Assembly: GCA_023392945.1 (NCBI GenBank)
Contig: JAEWNB010000136.1
Coordinates: forward strand, 3,050 to 67,049
Direction: 5' to 3'
Source: Bacteroidota bacterium
GTDB lineage: Bacteria; Bacteroidota; Bacteroidia; Bacteroidales; WCHB1-69
DNA: 64,000 nt
The translations under genes and the position numbers were made by a program. Shown piece by piece: positions 42,542 through 52,963 of this stretch (position 1 is its first letter; each line of letters opens with the position of its first letter). The notes under the pieces were generated by a model. It ran no database searches. It saw nothing but the letters and a program-made list of their open reading frames with translations, and was not told the origin of the DNA.

Positions 42542-43147
42542 ATGGCAAGATACACGGGACCAAGAACAAAAATTGCAAGAAAATTTAAAGAACCCATTTT
42601 CGGAGCAGATAAATATTTAGATAGAAAAAATTATCCTCCCGGACAACACGGACAATCCAGAAAACGTAATAAGTTGTCTGAATATGGAATTCAATTACAA
42701 GAAAAACAAAAAGCAAAATATACCTACGGTTTGCTGGAACGCCAATTCAAGAAATTGTTCCAGAAAGCAGCCAGCAAGAGAGGGATTACCGGTCAAAACT
42801 TAATGAAATTGATTGAATCCCGTTTGGACAATGTTGTATTCCGTTTGGGAATTGCGCCCTCAAGACCATCAGCACGCCAATTGGTAAATCACCGTCATAT
42901 TTTGGTAAACGGGAAAATCTGTAATATCCCCTCTATGTTGTTAGTACCTGGAGATATTGTTGAAGTTCGTGAACGTTCCAAAGCATTGGAGATTGTTACC
43001 AATTCATTGAGCGGCAGATCTCACCCATACAGCTGGCTGGAATGGGATGCAAATCTCTTTTCCGGTAAGTTTATGAATTATCCTGAAAGAGAAGAAATTC
43101 CTGAAAATATCAACGAACAGGCAATTGTTGAGTTGTACTCAAAATAA
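42542..43147 (+). CDS. rpsD: 30S ribosomal protein S4
   Basis: 201 aa. [15 protein letters not shown]... Confidence 0.97.
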   Translation: MARYTGPRTKIARKFKEPIFGADKYLDRKNYPPGQHGQSRKRNKLSEYGIQLQEKQKAKYTYGLLERQFKKLFQKAASKRGITGQNLMKLIESRLDNVVFRLGIAPSRPSARQLVNHRHILVNGKICNIPSMLLVPGDIVEVRERSKALEIVTNSLSGRSHPYSWLEWDANLFSGKFMNYPEREEIPENINEQAIVELYSK

Positions 43148-43193
43148 TAAGTAAGTATAAAATAAAAACAATATATACCAAATTAAGTATAAA

Positions 43194-44189
43194 ATGGCAA
43201 TATTAACATTTCAAAAACCTGATAAAGTAATCATTAACGAAGCCGATGATTTTCATGGAATATTTGAGTTCCGTCCCTTGCAACAAGGCTATGGTATCAC
43301 CATAGGAAATGCTTTGCGTCGTGTGCTTTTATCATCTTTAGAGGGTTTCGCAATTACTTCAATTAAAATTGAAGGTATTGCGCAAGAGTTTTCTTCAATA
43401 CCGGGCGTTATGGAAGATGTTACCGACATCGTGCTCAACCTGAAGCAAATTCGCTTTAAAAACAAAATCGAGAATAACAATTCCGAAAAAGCAACTATCG
43501 TAATCACCGGCCAGGAGCAATTTACTGCCGGAGATATGAATAAGTTTTTAAACTTTTTCCAAGTTCTCAACCCAGAATTGCTTATCTGCCGTATGGATCC
43601 TAACGTTAAACTTGTGATGGAGATTACGGTTGATAAAGGTCGCGGATATGTTCCTGCCGAAGATAATAAATCTCTCCACGAAGGAATTAATGTGATATCT
43701 ATCGATTCTATCCATACTCCGGTTAAGAATGTTAAATATACCGTTGACAGTTTCAGGGTAGAACAAAGAACCGACTTTGAAAAGTTAATTCTTGAAATCG
43801 TTACCGATGGCTCTATTCACCCAAAAGAAGCTTTAAAAGAAGCAGCCAAAATATTAATCCAGCATTTTGCGTTGTTCTCCGACGAAAAAATCGCACTCGA
43901 TTCACAGGAAAACAGCGAGGTAAATGAAGAGTTTGACGAAGCATCTCTGGTGATCCGCCAAATTTTGAAATCAAAACTGGTTGATATGGATTTATCAGTT
44001 CGCGCTCTGAACTGTCTTAAATCTGCTGAATTGGAAACTTTAGGTGACTTGGTGGCTATCCATAAAAACGATCTGTTAAAGTTCCGCAACTTCGGGAAAA
44101 AATCATTGTCCGAACTTGAAGACCTGGTTAAAACCAAAGGATTGGAATTTGGAATGAATGTATCAAAATATAAATTAGATAAGGATTAA
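43194..44189 (+). CDS. rpoA: DNA-directed RNA polymerase subunit alpha
   Basis: 331 aa. [11 protein letters not shown] motif and the C-terminal domain [10 protein letters not shown]. Confidence 0.97.
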   Translation: MAILTFQKPDKVIINEADDFHGIFEFRPLQQGYGITIGNALRRVLLSSLEGFAITSIKIEGIAQEFSSIPGVMEDVTDIVLNLKQIRFKNKIENNNSEKATIVITGQEQFTAGDMNKFLNFFQVLNPELLICRMDPNVKLVMEITVDKGRGYVPAEDNKSLHEGINVISIDSIHTPVKNVKYTVDSFRVEQRTDFEKLILEIVTDGSIHPKEALKEAAKILIQHFALFSDEKIALDSQENSEVNEEFDEASLVIRQILKSKLVDMDLSVRALNCLKSAELETLGDLVAIHKNDLLKFRNFGKKSLSELEDLVKTKGLEFGMNVSKYKLDKD

Positions 44190-44194
44190 GAAAA

Positions 44195-44758
44195 ATGAGA
44201 CACGCGAAAAGAATTAACCATTTAGGAAGAACCAGCTCACACAGAGAAGCAATGCTGTCAAATATGGCTTCTTCACTGATTAAACATAAAAGAATTTCAA
44301 CTACTACTGCTAAAGCAAAAGCACTGAGACTCTATGTTGAACCTCTTATTACCCGTAGTAAGAATGATACTACCCACTCAAGACGTATGGTATTCTCATA
44401 CTTACAGGATAAATTTGCAGTTACCGAACTGTTCAGAGAAATTGCAACCAAGGTAGCTACCCGTCCGGGTGGATATACCAGAATCCTTAAAACAGGCTTC
44501 CGCCAAGGTGATAATGCCGAAATGTGCATTATTGAACTGGTTGACTATAACGAAACTTACACCGCTAGCGATGAAAAGAAGAAAGTTGCCAAAACCAGAC
44601 GTAGCCGTAAATCGGGCGCCAAAGCAACTGATTCTAAAGCTGAAGAAACTCCTGTTACCGAAACTACTGCGCCAATTGCTGAAACTACTGAGCCAACTGC
44701 TGAAGCTACTGAACCTGTTGCTGATGCTGCTCCTGAAGAAGAAGCAAAAGCTGAATAA
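44195..44758 (+). CDS. rplQ: 50S ribosomal protein L17 with an acidic low-complexity C-terminal tail
   Basis: 187 aa. [21 protein letters not shown]... followed by the repetitive tail [37 protein letters not shown]. Confidence 0.95.
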   Translation: MRHAKRINHLGRTSSHREAMLSNMASSLIKHKRISTTTAKAKALRLYVEPLITRSKNDTTHSRRMVFSYLQDKFAVTELFREIATKVATRPGGYTRILKTGFRQGDNAEMCIIELVDYNETYTASDEKKKVAKTRRSRKSGAKATDSKAEETPVTETTAPIAETTEPTAEATEPVADAAPEEEAKAE

Positions 44759-44779
44759 TTGTTCTGAACATATTTCTTT

Positions 44780-44816
44780 AAAAGAGGCTATTGATTATTA
44801 ATAGCCTCTTTTTTTA
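44780..44816 (+). terminator. rho-independent terminator of the rpoA-rplQ operon
   Basis: 11-bp stem aagaggctatt / aatagcctctt (44782-44792 and 44800-44810) followed by a T-run. Confidence 0.75.
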
Positions 44817-44854
44817 TTTGGGCACCCTGGCTCGCTGATCTCGCCGGCCTGTTT

Positions 44855-44882
44855 GTAGAGACGCGATTAATCGCGTCTCTAC
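44855..44882. repeat. 28-bp perfect GC-rich palindrome (REP-like hairpin element)
   Basis: GTAGAGACGCGATTAATCGCGTCTCTAC is fully self-complementary. It sits in a short GC-rich island (about 44818-44900) that contrasts with the AT-rich surroundings. Confidence 0.8.
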
Positions 44883-45004
44883 GGGCATCCAAGAGCATTC
44901 CAAGAAGAAATAAATAAACAGGAAATTAATTCTCTTCTCTAAGCGGGTGATTTATCCATGACTATTTTCTAGAAATCCAATAATTCCTCTTTGAAACTGG
45001 AATC

Positions 45005-47014
45005 TTATTGAATAATCACTTTTTCAGTAATGACTTTTTTATCGGTGATAATTCTGATAATATAACAGCCCTTAGCCAGATTGCTTACGTTGAGTGAGCG
45101 GGAATTGCCTTCCATGACTTTGAGACCGGAAATTTGATATAAAGACCATTGCTCTATTCTCTCGTTATCGGGAAGGATAATGTGGAGAATATCTTGAGCC
45201 GGATTAGGATATAGAAGAATAGAAGAACCTATTTCATTTTCCGTGATGCCAACATAGGGAACAGAAAATGAAGGATCATGGTATTTTGCGAAAAAGGCAT
45301 TGCTGTGACCAACACCTCCGTAAATTGTGGTACCATCGAAAATAATATTGCCGTCAAACTGACCGGTGGCAAACAAATCACCGGACTCATTTAATATTGT
45401 CAATCCGGGGTTGTTATATTGTGTGGCATTGGGCGTGAAAATGGGAATCATGTCAATAAAGGTTCCCGATTCATGCCAACGCGTGAGCATGATGATTCGT
45501 TTGGCATTTGAGTCATAATAGGTAGTATCTGTATCATAAGCGGTTCCTACAAATTTTGCAGTGGCAAAAACCTGATTATTCACGTAAGCAACATTACAAC
45601 ATAATGTGCTAATATTTATCGAAGCTCTTGGTGAAATAGGGAAAATACCATGCGAAAGATAGCGACCGGTTTCCATATCAAATCGGGCAAAGAAGAGACG
45701 GGTATCGTTTTCTTCTCCGTATTGAGAGAGTAGAGTTCCGTTATCAAAAAAGATACTACTGGCAGCTCTGTTATAGGCATTGCCCAATACACAGACGGAA
45801 TGTCCGGCTTCATTCAAGCTATTCCCGGCAAAGAAATGATTAGTAAGCCAATTCAGGGCTTGTTCTTCGGCAGGACAATGCTGATAAAGTTGATTTTCCC
45901 ATTGCACCGTTCCGGAAGTATCATATTTTATGATAAAACTTTGTGCTCCATGGGAGCCTCCATCCCTGAATTCAATACTGTGAAGAGAATCCAGATATAA
46001 AAATGCAGGATAACTATTGGGATTTGTTTCGGTTAAAAAATAACCTTCAATAGTCCCGGACAGATACATATTATCTTCACTGTCGAATGAAAGTCCTCCA
46101 ATCCTCGCATACATTATATATCCTGTAGAATCGTTGTATTCGGCATCTCCTCCTAATACTAATCCGTCATGTTCGACGAACAATCTTTTACTCCATATTA
46201 ACTCCCAATCGGGAGAAAATTTGTAAATCATAACATTTTCTATTCCTTCATTGGAAGAAGCAGTAGAACCGGGAAGATAAAAATCATAATATTTTTCCCG
46301 ATCCACGATCACCGTTATGGGATCATTTTCGTTTCCGGAGTAACAATATCTTGTATAGAAATAGGTATTTCCTTCTTTGTCCACATGAAAAGGGGCAATA
46401 GTGCCTAAACGAGATAAATCAAAGGGGTCATTACGTCCGTAGCCGGGGATGCTGTCCCTATCCTGTACCTGCAGATAATGGTCTTCCAAAAGATTCCCAT
46501 TCAGGTCATAAGTGAGAAAGTAATTATAATTTCCCCTGATAAAGGGCAGACTTTGCAAACTGTCAGGAATAGACTGAATCTGATGATACCACATAACAGT
46601 ATCTAAAAAATAAACATATCCGTAATCACTCGGAATATTGATATCTCCGCTGATGGAAATAACACTGTCTCCCACCAGTTCCATCCAAAACGGATGAGAT
46701 TCATATTGCTTATTTTTAAAGGCTTTATGCCAAAGTAAGGTACCGTCTGGAGAGAGTTTGGCAAGAAAAGTGCCCATAGTCAGGTCGTAATAGGGCAATA
46801 TCTGCTCCCCATCTAATTGGGCATTGGGCCCGAATCTTCCGAAAATGTAAATATTGCCTTCACTGTCAAAAGCAGTGTTTCGGATTTCATTCCATTTATC
46901 GTTGTAGTTAGGACCGTCCGAGCCACTGAAAGATTTGGCCCATTCCCACTGCTGGGCTTCAAGATGAGAGAATATTGATAACAGAAGAATAATGGCTATT
47001 GTGCTCTTTTTCAT
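45005..47014 (-). CDS. T9SS C-terminal-domain secreted protein (beta-propeller-like repeats)
   Basis: 669 aa with a signal peptide. Repeated D/N-G-N-x-Y/F strand motifs. C-terminal LLYPNPAQDILHIIL...GCYIIRIITDKKVITEKVIIQ is a T9SS CTD. Confidence 0.7.
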   Translation of the reverse strand: MKKSTIAIILLLSIFSHLEAQQWEWAKSFSGSDGPNYNDKWNEIRNTAFDSEGNIYIFGRFGPNAQLDGEQILPYYDLTMGTFLAKLSPDGTLLWHKAFKNKQYESHPFWMELVGDSVISISGDINIPSDYGYVYFLDTVMWYHQIQSIPDSLQSLPFIRGNYNYFLTYDLNGNLLEDHYLQVQDRDSIPGYGRNDPFDLSRLGTIAPFHVDKEGNTYFYTRYCYSGNENDPITVIVDREKYYDFYLPGSTASSNEGIENVMIYKFSPDWELIWSKRLFVEHDGLVLGGDAEYNDSTGYIMYARIGGLSFDSEDNMYLSGTIEGYFLTETNPNSYPAFLYLDSLHSIEFRDGGSHGAQSFIIKYDTSGTVQWENQLYQHCPAEEQALNWLTNHFFAGNSLNEAGHSVCVLGNAYNRAASSIFFDNGTLLSQYGEENDTRLFFARFDMETGRYLSHGIFPISPRASINISTLCCNVAYVNNQVFATAKFVGTAYDTDTTYYDSNAKRIIMLTRWHESGTFIDMIPIFTPNATQYNNPGLTILNESGDLFATGQFDGNIIFDGTTIYGGVGHSNAFFAKYHDPSFSVPYVGITENEIGSSILLYPNPAQDILHIILPDNERIEQWSLYQISGLKVMEGNSRSLNVSNLAKGCYIIRIITDKKVITEKVIIQ

Positions 47015-47070
47015 AGTCTATTGGTTAAAATATTTTCTAAACAAAATTACATAATTTAATTTGTATTATT

Positions 47071-50000
47071 TTACTGTTTTATCAATTTTAAATAATATAA
47101 CTTATGTTTTACCGTAATCAAGCGGACAATATAGGTCCCGGTGCTATAATCTGCAACTGAAAAGATAGTATTATTATACGTCTTTATTTTTTCTCCCGAT
47201 ATGGAGAAAACGGTAATTTCATAAACTTGATCGGGATCTACACCGGTCACAATTACTCTATCATTTGCAGGATTGGGAATCAGGGAAGGTTGTACAATTT
47301 CATTTTTAATGTCTGGCGTTATTTCGAAATCAAGGGAAGGTAAGAGTTCATTTCCGGAAATATTGAGACGTCTGAAATTTTGAGGAATTAATTCTAAAAA
47401 TTCTTTTGCAAGGATACAATAGGTCATATGACAAATCATACTTTCATCCCAACACACCAAAACATGAAAACATATTTCTTCATCATTATTTGCCATTTGA
47501 TTCAATTGTCCGTAATTTAACATAAGTATTCCATCTAAATTAATTGGTGGGTTATAATAATAATCGACAATTTGCGGCGGATCACTCCAAAAGGCAAGTA
47601 ACCCGGTACTATTTCCGGGTATAAGTGCATTAAATTTAAAATAGGAGGTTTGATGGGGCGAACTGAAGTCTTCCATGAAACTAAATGAAAAATCATCAAA
47701 ATTACAATCACTCACCGTGCATTCTTCAAAATTGAGCGGAACACTGAAAGTTTCTTCGCACTTGGTACAAGGATCATATAATATGAATTCAATATCGGAT
47801 AATGAGTAATTTAGTACTTTAAATTCGAAAGAAAGCTCTATACAGTCTCCCGGCACTAAAGATACCGGAAGAGATGAAATTGAAGTTATTTCTCCATCAG
47901 AATTGGTATATAACTCATCAAAACAAAAATGATTATTTCCCAAATTGCAGATATTAACGGTTACTTTATAAAACAGTTTACATCCTTCAGCCATACAGTT
48001 GCATCCTAAAACTGTCACCTGTATATCTTTACATCCGCAATTCAATTTAGGATCAAGTGTCAGAGTCGGAGAAACGGCTATACAGCCCGGCGAATAGTTG
48101 GTTTCAAGATGATAGTTTCCGAAAGATGGTAGCGTCAGCAACGGAGAATCCCCCATTCCGGATTGAATTATATTGTTGTTATAATACCATTTCCATGGTT
48201 TATATAAAGGTATAAAACGAAAAATGGAAAGAGTATCAATAAAGTCTCTTTCGCATTTTGTATAACAACCTGTAAGTAAAGCGTCGTATTTGGGAGCAGG
48301 ATTGATTAAAAATGAGTCGATTTCGGATTTACATCCATAACTATCTATATAATATGCAGTAGTATATCCGGGAGTATAAATAAACACTTGATTGGAGTAA
48401 AATCCATTATTCCAGAATACATTTTGTTGTGGATTAACAGTTCCCAAAATCACATCAGATTCGTGAATACAACTGTCTCCCACATAGCAAATCACGGGGG
48501 CAATGGGACGGGGGTGCACTGTTACGGTTGCAGTTGTGACGGCACTGCAATGGTCGTTACTTACGTTTAGTGTTACATGGTAGAGACCGCTCTGTTCAGG
48601 CAGAAACACTATATTAGGATCTGTAAATGAATTTGTTGACTGGTCTGGATACTCAATTTCCCATAAATAGGAGTTGCTGCTTCCGGTATTTCCAAATAAT
48701 TTCACTGAATCACCCTCACAATAATCCGTTTCACCCGATATATTGGCAATCGGAGGACTATAGAATCCTACATTGGTCATCTTTTCATCAATGCACCCTA
48801 TATTGTTGACGACTCTTACAATATAATCTCCGGTAGCATAAGTTGTATAACTGTTAATAGAATTGGTAATATTCGCAGGACTCCATGTATAATTTGAAGG
48901 AGGAGAAGCCGGAGAGTAAACAATATTTCTTCCAGTGCCGACACAAACAACATTACCGACAGGTTTTAAAAGTCCATCTAAATCATTTTCAAATGCTCTA
49001 ATCGAAGCTTGTGAAGTAATAAGGCAATTGTTGGAATCAGCCACGGTTAACGTAATTGTATAAGGATTAGGATTCTCCTGATATGTATGATAGGGAGCAG
49101 TGGCATACAGGTAGGAGCCGTCTCCAAAGTTCCAAAACAAAAAGGCAGGATTTCCCTGAATTGTAGCATTCATTTGTACAGGGGTTCCGGCACAGACAGA
49201 AGATGGGACATCCATCCCTACAATTGAATTTGTAGGATATATCATAATATATTTACTCAGCTCACAACCCGAATTATGCATTGTAACAGTATAATTTGTC
49301 GTAGAAGCAGGTAGAGTTATGGGAAACATAATATTATCAGTATTGGCATTCATAGAAATCGAGCCTATAATGGAGCCTTCTCTTTTAATGGTAAATGTCC
49401 GTGAAGGGATTGAATAGCTTGCCCGATATTGTGAATTATCCAAGATTCTTATTCCGTGAGCTGAACAATCGTAGTACAAATAAAAATCCGGCACACATAA
49501 TATTTCAACAGTTTTTATTCCCCTATAACAAGAGTCATTATAATTTGCTGAAGCAAAAACATCATAATATCCTGCATTGTAAAATTCCATTTCGGTATAA
49601 TTTCCATAGGAAGGGTTGATATCGGCTGAAGGTGATGAAGCCCAATGTACTAATGATCCAGGTAAAACAGGACTATCTACATGAAAAGTCCCGGAAGTAC
49701 AAGATATAGATTCCGACACATTAATGCCGCGGCAAACACTTCCTGTATTTGCATCTTCTATCAAGAGACAATTAGAAGCTGAGCACATTGTTTGAGAATT
49801 GGTTACAGTGCAACAATAGTTCCCGTAACCTGCAAATGGGCAAATCGAGCTTGTTTCCGAAAGAGGGGTTCCGTTATAGCTCCATTGATAAGTACAATTA
49901 ATTTGCTCCGAAACGGTAATATCACCGTTGCTTTCGGAAGGCATTTGCGTTACGGTTGCCGAAGGAGAAGGACGTATGTGAATGTTGCTTGTAACAACTG

Positions 50001-52194
50001 ATGGAGCACAATTTTGAAACGGAGTATATTCCAATTGAACATCATAATATCCTCCTTCCGGAAAAATATAAAATATAGTATCCCCATATAGGATATTGTT
50101 GTTGATACTCCATTTATATTGGTTGTCAATATGACTTCCTCCTATTGCATAGAAAATTACGTTATCCCCTGAACATGCTGGAGAAGGGAAAGAAATCTCC
50201 GGCAAAATAATCATGCTTACATCAATTGGTAATGTTGCATATTCTATTGAGTCTGAACAAAATGTTCGTTTTAAAATAATATGAACATCACCTATAACAG
50301 AGATATCAAAATAATTTACTATAAAAGTAGCGGTATTATCGGTATTGTTCTCTTGTATGCCGATTGCTTCTTCGGGTTCTACAGACCATTCGTATAGAAC
50401 GTCGGGAGATTGATCCGGTACTGTCAATGTCAAAAAAGAGTTTGCACAAACAGTTAATGTGTCTGGAAAGCCGGTATTTGATAACTGAAAGGGACTTACT
50501 TGATGAACATAAGCCTCTGATCGGCATCCGTACTGTTGATTTATTTGATAGACATTTATACTACAAACATTATCTCCATAATTGAATGTAACGGAATTTC
50601 CATCAGCTACCAAAGGATTAGCAGACTGGCACTGAGCTTCCCAAGAAAGATAATATTGAACATCGGTCGGCTCGGATTCTAATAATAAATAAGAATTAGG
50701 ACAAGCAATATTATTTCCCCTCACAGAAGTAACTGCAGGAGGCAATTCAATAACTTCAGTAAAGAATTTGGCCTGATTACAATAGTATTGATTGTCTGCA
50801 GTGATACAATAGGACCCCGAATCGGAAAATAAATATTGTAAACTATCATTGTATTCAGTATAAATCAAAACATTGTCTTTGAATATTTTCCATTCAACAT
50901 TTACATTGTCATTGTTAGTAAATAATCCAAAAGCCCCTTCACAAATTTTACTATTATTACTTTCTATCTCCAACACAGGTAGTACTTCAATTTGTTTAGA
51001 AGTATTATAAGGTCCACAATTTAAAAAATCACATTCATATTCTACAGATATGGTATAGCTGTCTTCTCGCAAAAATTCTATCATTAATTGGTTTGCTGAT
51101 TCATACGGATGAATAATATAATCATTAGAAGGAGGATTTGTCACATTTCTTGGTGTTATTGTCCATTGATAAGACGTTGATCCCCAAAGTGGAAGTTCAA
51201 ATAAATAAATTTGATTTTCACACAACTTTATTGGTCCGTTAATGGGAATTTCATTTGAAATAACAGGAATTGTCTTTGAAAGTTGTCCCGGACAAATTTC
51301 ATTTCCACATAAAAAACCATCCAAAGAGATTATTCCATAGCCGCTTTCAGGATGATGCCATTGTACAGAAATTTTTGGGGTATTTTGTCCGGAAATGATA
51401 GTTCCCCCTTCTACACTCCAATAGTAATAATTACAATCGTTAAATGCTGAATAATTCATTTGACTACCTCCACATACAGTTCCATAGCAAGATAACTTTA
51501 AGTCTGTACCATCTTTAATTCTAATTCTATATTTTTCCTCAGCCCCACATCCACAATCATTCATCACATAATGATAGATTGTGGAAATGTATGGTTGATT
51601 ATAAAATATGGTATAATTTTCAGTTGTAGCATCAGAACCTATTTCACTTGTCCAATAATTTCCGGTTATAGGTACCGTTTCTGAAGTTGACTCATCAAAA
51701 AAAGAAATTGTCTCATATTGACATATTTCGATTATTTTTTCTCCATCTTCAATAAAATAATCAGGGATGGATGATGAAGCAATGGTTGGGCTTTCAATTA
51801 ATACAACATCTATACTTGTACTGCAATAATTCCCGTCAGTTGTCAAAACAGTTACTTCAATTCTTCCAACATCAGAAGCATTTCCCCATCTAACCCATAT
51901 AGAGGATCCTTCATTATCAAATGACCAAGAAGAATCCCCAGATACACTCCATGAATAATTCGATGCATTTTCACAAATAGCAGTAAAATGTTGACTTGTA
52001 TTACTGCATTGTACAACATAATTATCTACATTTACGTTATTCAATAACCCGGCCATTTCGAGAAAATATTCCGTTAACGTACAGTCTGCGCTAAAATATG
52101 TTATTATCTGAACATTACAGCTATCTTGTGCCATAATTTTATCTGCCAAGATAAAACATAATAACATTACAAAAAAGAATTTAATTTTTTTCAT
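47071..52194 (-). CDS. giant Cys-rich T9SS cargo protein with a PKD domain and repeated Ig-like modules
   Basis: 1707 aa with a signal peptide and many regularly spaced Cys. PKD signature WNFGDGSYLYATAPYHTYQENPNPYTITLTV. C-terminal PNPANDRVIVTG...GTYIVRLIT...LKLIKQ is a T9SS CTD. Confidence 0.7.
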   Translation of the reverse strand: MKKIKFFFVMLLCFILADKIMAQDSCNVQIITYFSADCTLTEYFLEMAGLLNNVNVDNYVVQCSNTSQHFTAICENASNYSWSVSGDSSWSFDNEGSSIWVRWGNASDVGRIEVTVLTTDGNYCSTSIDVVLIESPTIASSSIPDYFIEDGEKIIEICQYETISFFDESTSETVPITGNYWTSEIGSDATTENYTIFYNQPYISTIYHYVMNDCGCGAEEKYRIRIKDGTDLKLSCYGTVCGGSQMNYSAFNDCNYYYWSVEGGTIISGQNTPKISVQWHHPESGYGIISLDGFLCGNEICPGQLSKTIPVISNEIPINGPIKLCENQIYLFELPLWGSTSYQWTITPRNVTNPPSNDYIIHPYESANQLMIEFLREDSYTISVEYECDFLNCGPYNTSKQIEVLPVLEIESNNSKICEGAFGLFTNNDNVNVEWKIFKDNVLIYTEYNDSLQYLFSDSGSYCITADNQYYCNQAKFFTEVIELPPAVTSVRGNNIACPNSYLLLESEPTDVQYYLSWEAQCQSANPLVADGNSVTFNYGDNVCSINVYQINQQYGCRSEAYVHQVSPFQLSNTGFPDTLTVCANSFLTLTVPDQSPDVLYEWSVEPEEAIGIQENNTDNTATFIVNYFDISVIGDVHIILKRTFCSDSIEYATLPIDVSMIILPEISFPSPACSGDNVIFYAIGGSHIDNQYKWSINNNILYGDTIFYIFPEGGYYDVQLEYTPFQNCAPSVVTSNIHIRPSPSATVTQMPSESNGDITVSEQINCTYQWSYNGTPLSETSSICPFAGYGNYCCTVTNSQTMCSASNCLLIEDANTGSVCRGINVSESISCTSGTFHVDSPVLPGSLVHWASSPSADINPSYGNYTEMEFYNAGYYDVFASANYNDSCYRGIKTVEILCVPDFYLYYDCSAHGIRILDNSQYRASYSIPSRTFTIKREGSIIGSISMNANTDNIMFPITLPASTTNYTVTMHNSGCELSKYIMIYPTNSIVGMDVPSSVCAGTPVQMNATIQGNPAFLFWNFGDGSYLYATAPYHTYQENPNPYTITLTVADSNNCLITSQASIRAFENDLDGLLKPVGNVVCVGTGRNIVYSPASPPSNYTWSPANITNSINSYTTYATGDYIVRVVNNIGCIDEKMTNVGFYSPPIANISGETDYCEGDSVKLFGNTGSSNSYLWEIEYPDQSTNSFTDPNIVFLPEQSGLYHVTLNVSNDHCSAVTTATVTVHPRPIAPVICYVGDSCIHESDVILGTVNPQQNVFWNNGFYSNQVFIYTPGYTTAYYIDSYGCKSEIDSFLINPAPKYDALLTGCYTKCERDFIDTLSIFRFIPLYKPWKWYYNNNIIQSGMGDSPLLTLPSFGNYHLETNYSPGCIAVSPTLTLDPKLNCGCKDIQVTVLGCNCMAEGCKLFYKVTVNICNLGNNHFCFDELYTNSDGEITSISSLPVSLVPGDCIELSFEFKVLNYSLSDIEFILYDPCTKCEETFSVPLNFEECTVSDCNFDDFSFSFMEDFSSPHQTSYFKFNALIPGNSTGLLAFWSDPPQIVDYYYNPPINLDGILMLNYGQLNQMANNDEEICFHVLVCWDESMICHMTYCILAKEFLELIPQNFRRLNISGNELLPSLDFEITPDIKNEIVQPSLIPNPANDRVIVTGVDPDQVYEITVFSISGEKIKTYNNTIFSVADYSTGTYIVRLITVKHKLYYLKLIKQ

Positions 52195-52577
52195 TGTCTA
52201 ATGGTTTGATTAATTTTATATTCCTAAAAATAATATTCTACTTTCTATTAATAAAAATATTATTTTAATAATTTCATCTCAGCATGAACTTTATTAAAAA
52301 ACAATTAAGTTATTAAACAAAAGCCCCTCTTAATGAGAAATATTAGTTTAAATTTGAGGAAACAAATATATATATAAATAATATAAATTGCATTTTATTT
52401 TTTATTTAGAAAAAAAATTTTTCAGAGCCCGCTACCACACTTTGCTCAACTCGGAGAAATATAAAATCGATTTTTTGTTCAAATACCCCACTATAACCAA
52501 ATAAAGAAACTGCTATTGATGAATTGTCGTTAAAAAACATTTGACAGCGATTAGTAATAACAATAAAAAAATCATTG

Positions 52578-52585
52578 TATATTTG
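52578..52585 (+). promoter_or_regulatory. -7 promoter box (TATATTTG) upstream of hicB, inside direct-repeat copy 1
   Basis: TAAAAAAATCATTGTATATTTGC (52564-52586). The box ends 21 nt before the ATG at 52607. Confidence 0.5.
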
Positions 52586-52606
52586 CGACGAATAAAGATA
52601 AAAATC

Positions 52607-52825
52607 ATGGAATATACCATATTAATTAAAAAGTCTGATGATGGCTTTTATGTAGGACAATGTGAACAAGTTCCAGAGGCAATTTCACAGGGAAAGACAA
52701 TAGATAAATTAAAAGAAAATATGAAAGATGCCATTTCTTTAATCTTACATATAAAGAAAGGAACAATGGAAAAAGCCTATTTTTCTTTAACTGATGTAAG
52801 CGAATCAACTGCTTCATCAATTTAA
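52607..52825 (+). CDS. hicB: HicB-family antitoxin-like protein (orphan; no hicA seen)
   Basis: The track ORF begins at a TTG; I prefer MEYTILIKKSDDGFYVGQCEQVPEAISQGKTIDKLKENMKDAISL... (72 aa). This resembles the HicB N-terminal RNase-H-like fold. Confidence 0.6.
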   Translation: MEYTILIKKSDDGFYVGQCEQVPEAISQGKTIDKLKENMKDAISLILHIKKGTMEKAYFSLTDVSESTASSI

Positions 52826-52914
52826 TAATTAAATATCAGTAAATCTTAAATTATAATTGACTTCTTCGAAGGAATATTTTTTTGTTGGATGATTTTATTA
52901 AAAAAAAATCATTG

Positions 52915-52922
52915 TATATTTG
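52915..52922 (+). promoter_or_regulatory. -7 promoter box (TATATTTG) upstream of the patatin gene, inside direct-repeat copy 2
   Basis: TAAAAAAAAATCATTGTATATTTGC (52899-52923) is near-identical to 52564-52586. Confidence 0.5.
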
Positions 52923-52963
52923 CCTCAATAAATTAAATAGATTTATTAATAAATTCTTTGAAT

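Noticed and set aside
44469-44801. 110-aa alternative-frame ORF overlapping the rplQ tail
   Set aside because: It is a product of the repetitive nucleotide tract. The L17 frame is continuous from a canonical N-terminus.
52195-52960. Search for a hicA toxin partner or an attC-like site around hicB
   Set aside because: Manual reading of all frames gave only very short stop-interrupted peptides. The only palindrome (CTTCGAAG near 52861-52868) is too short to call an attC or a terminator.
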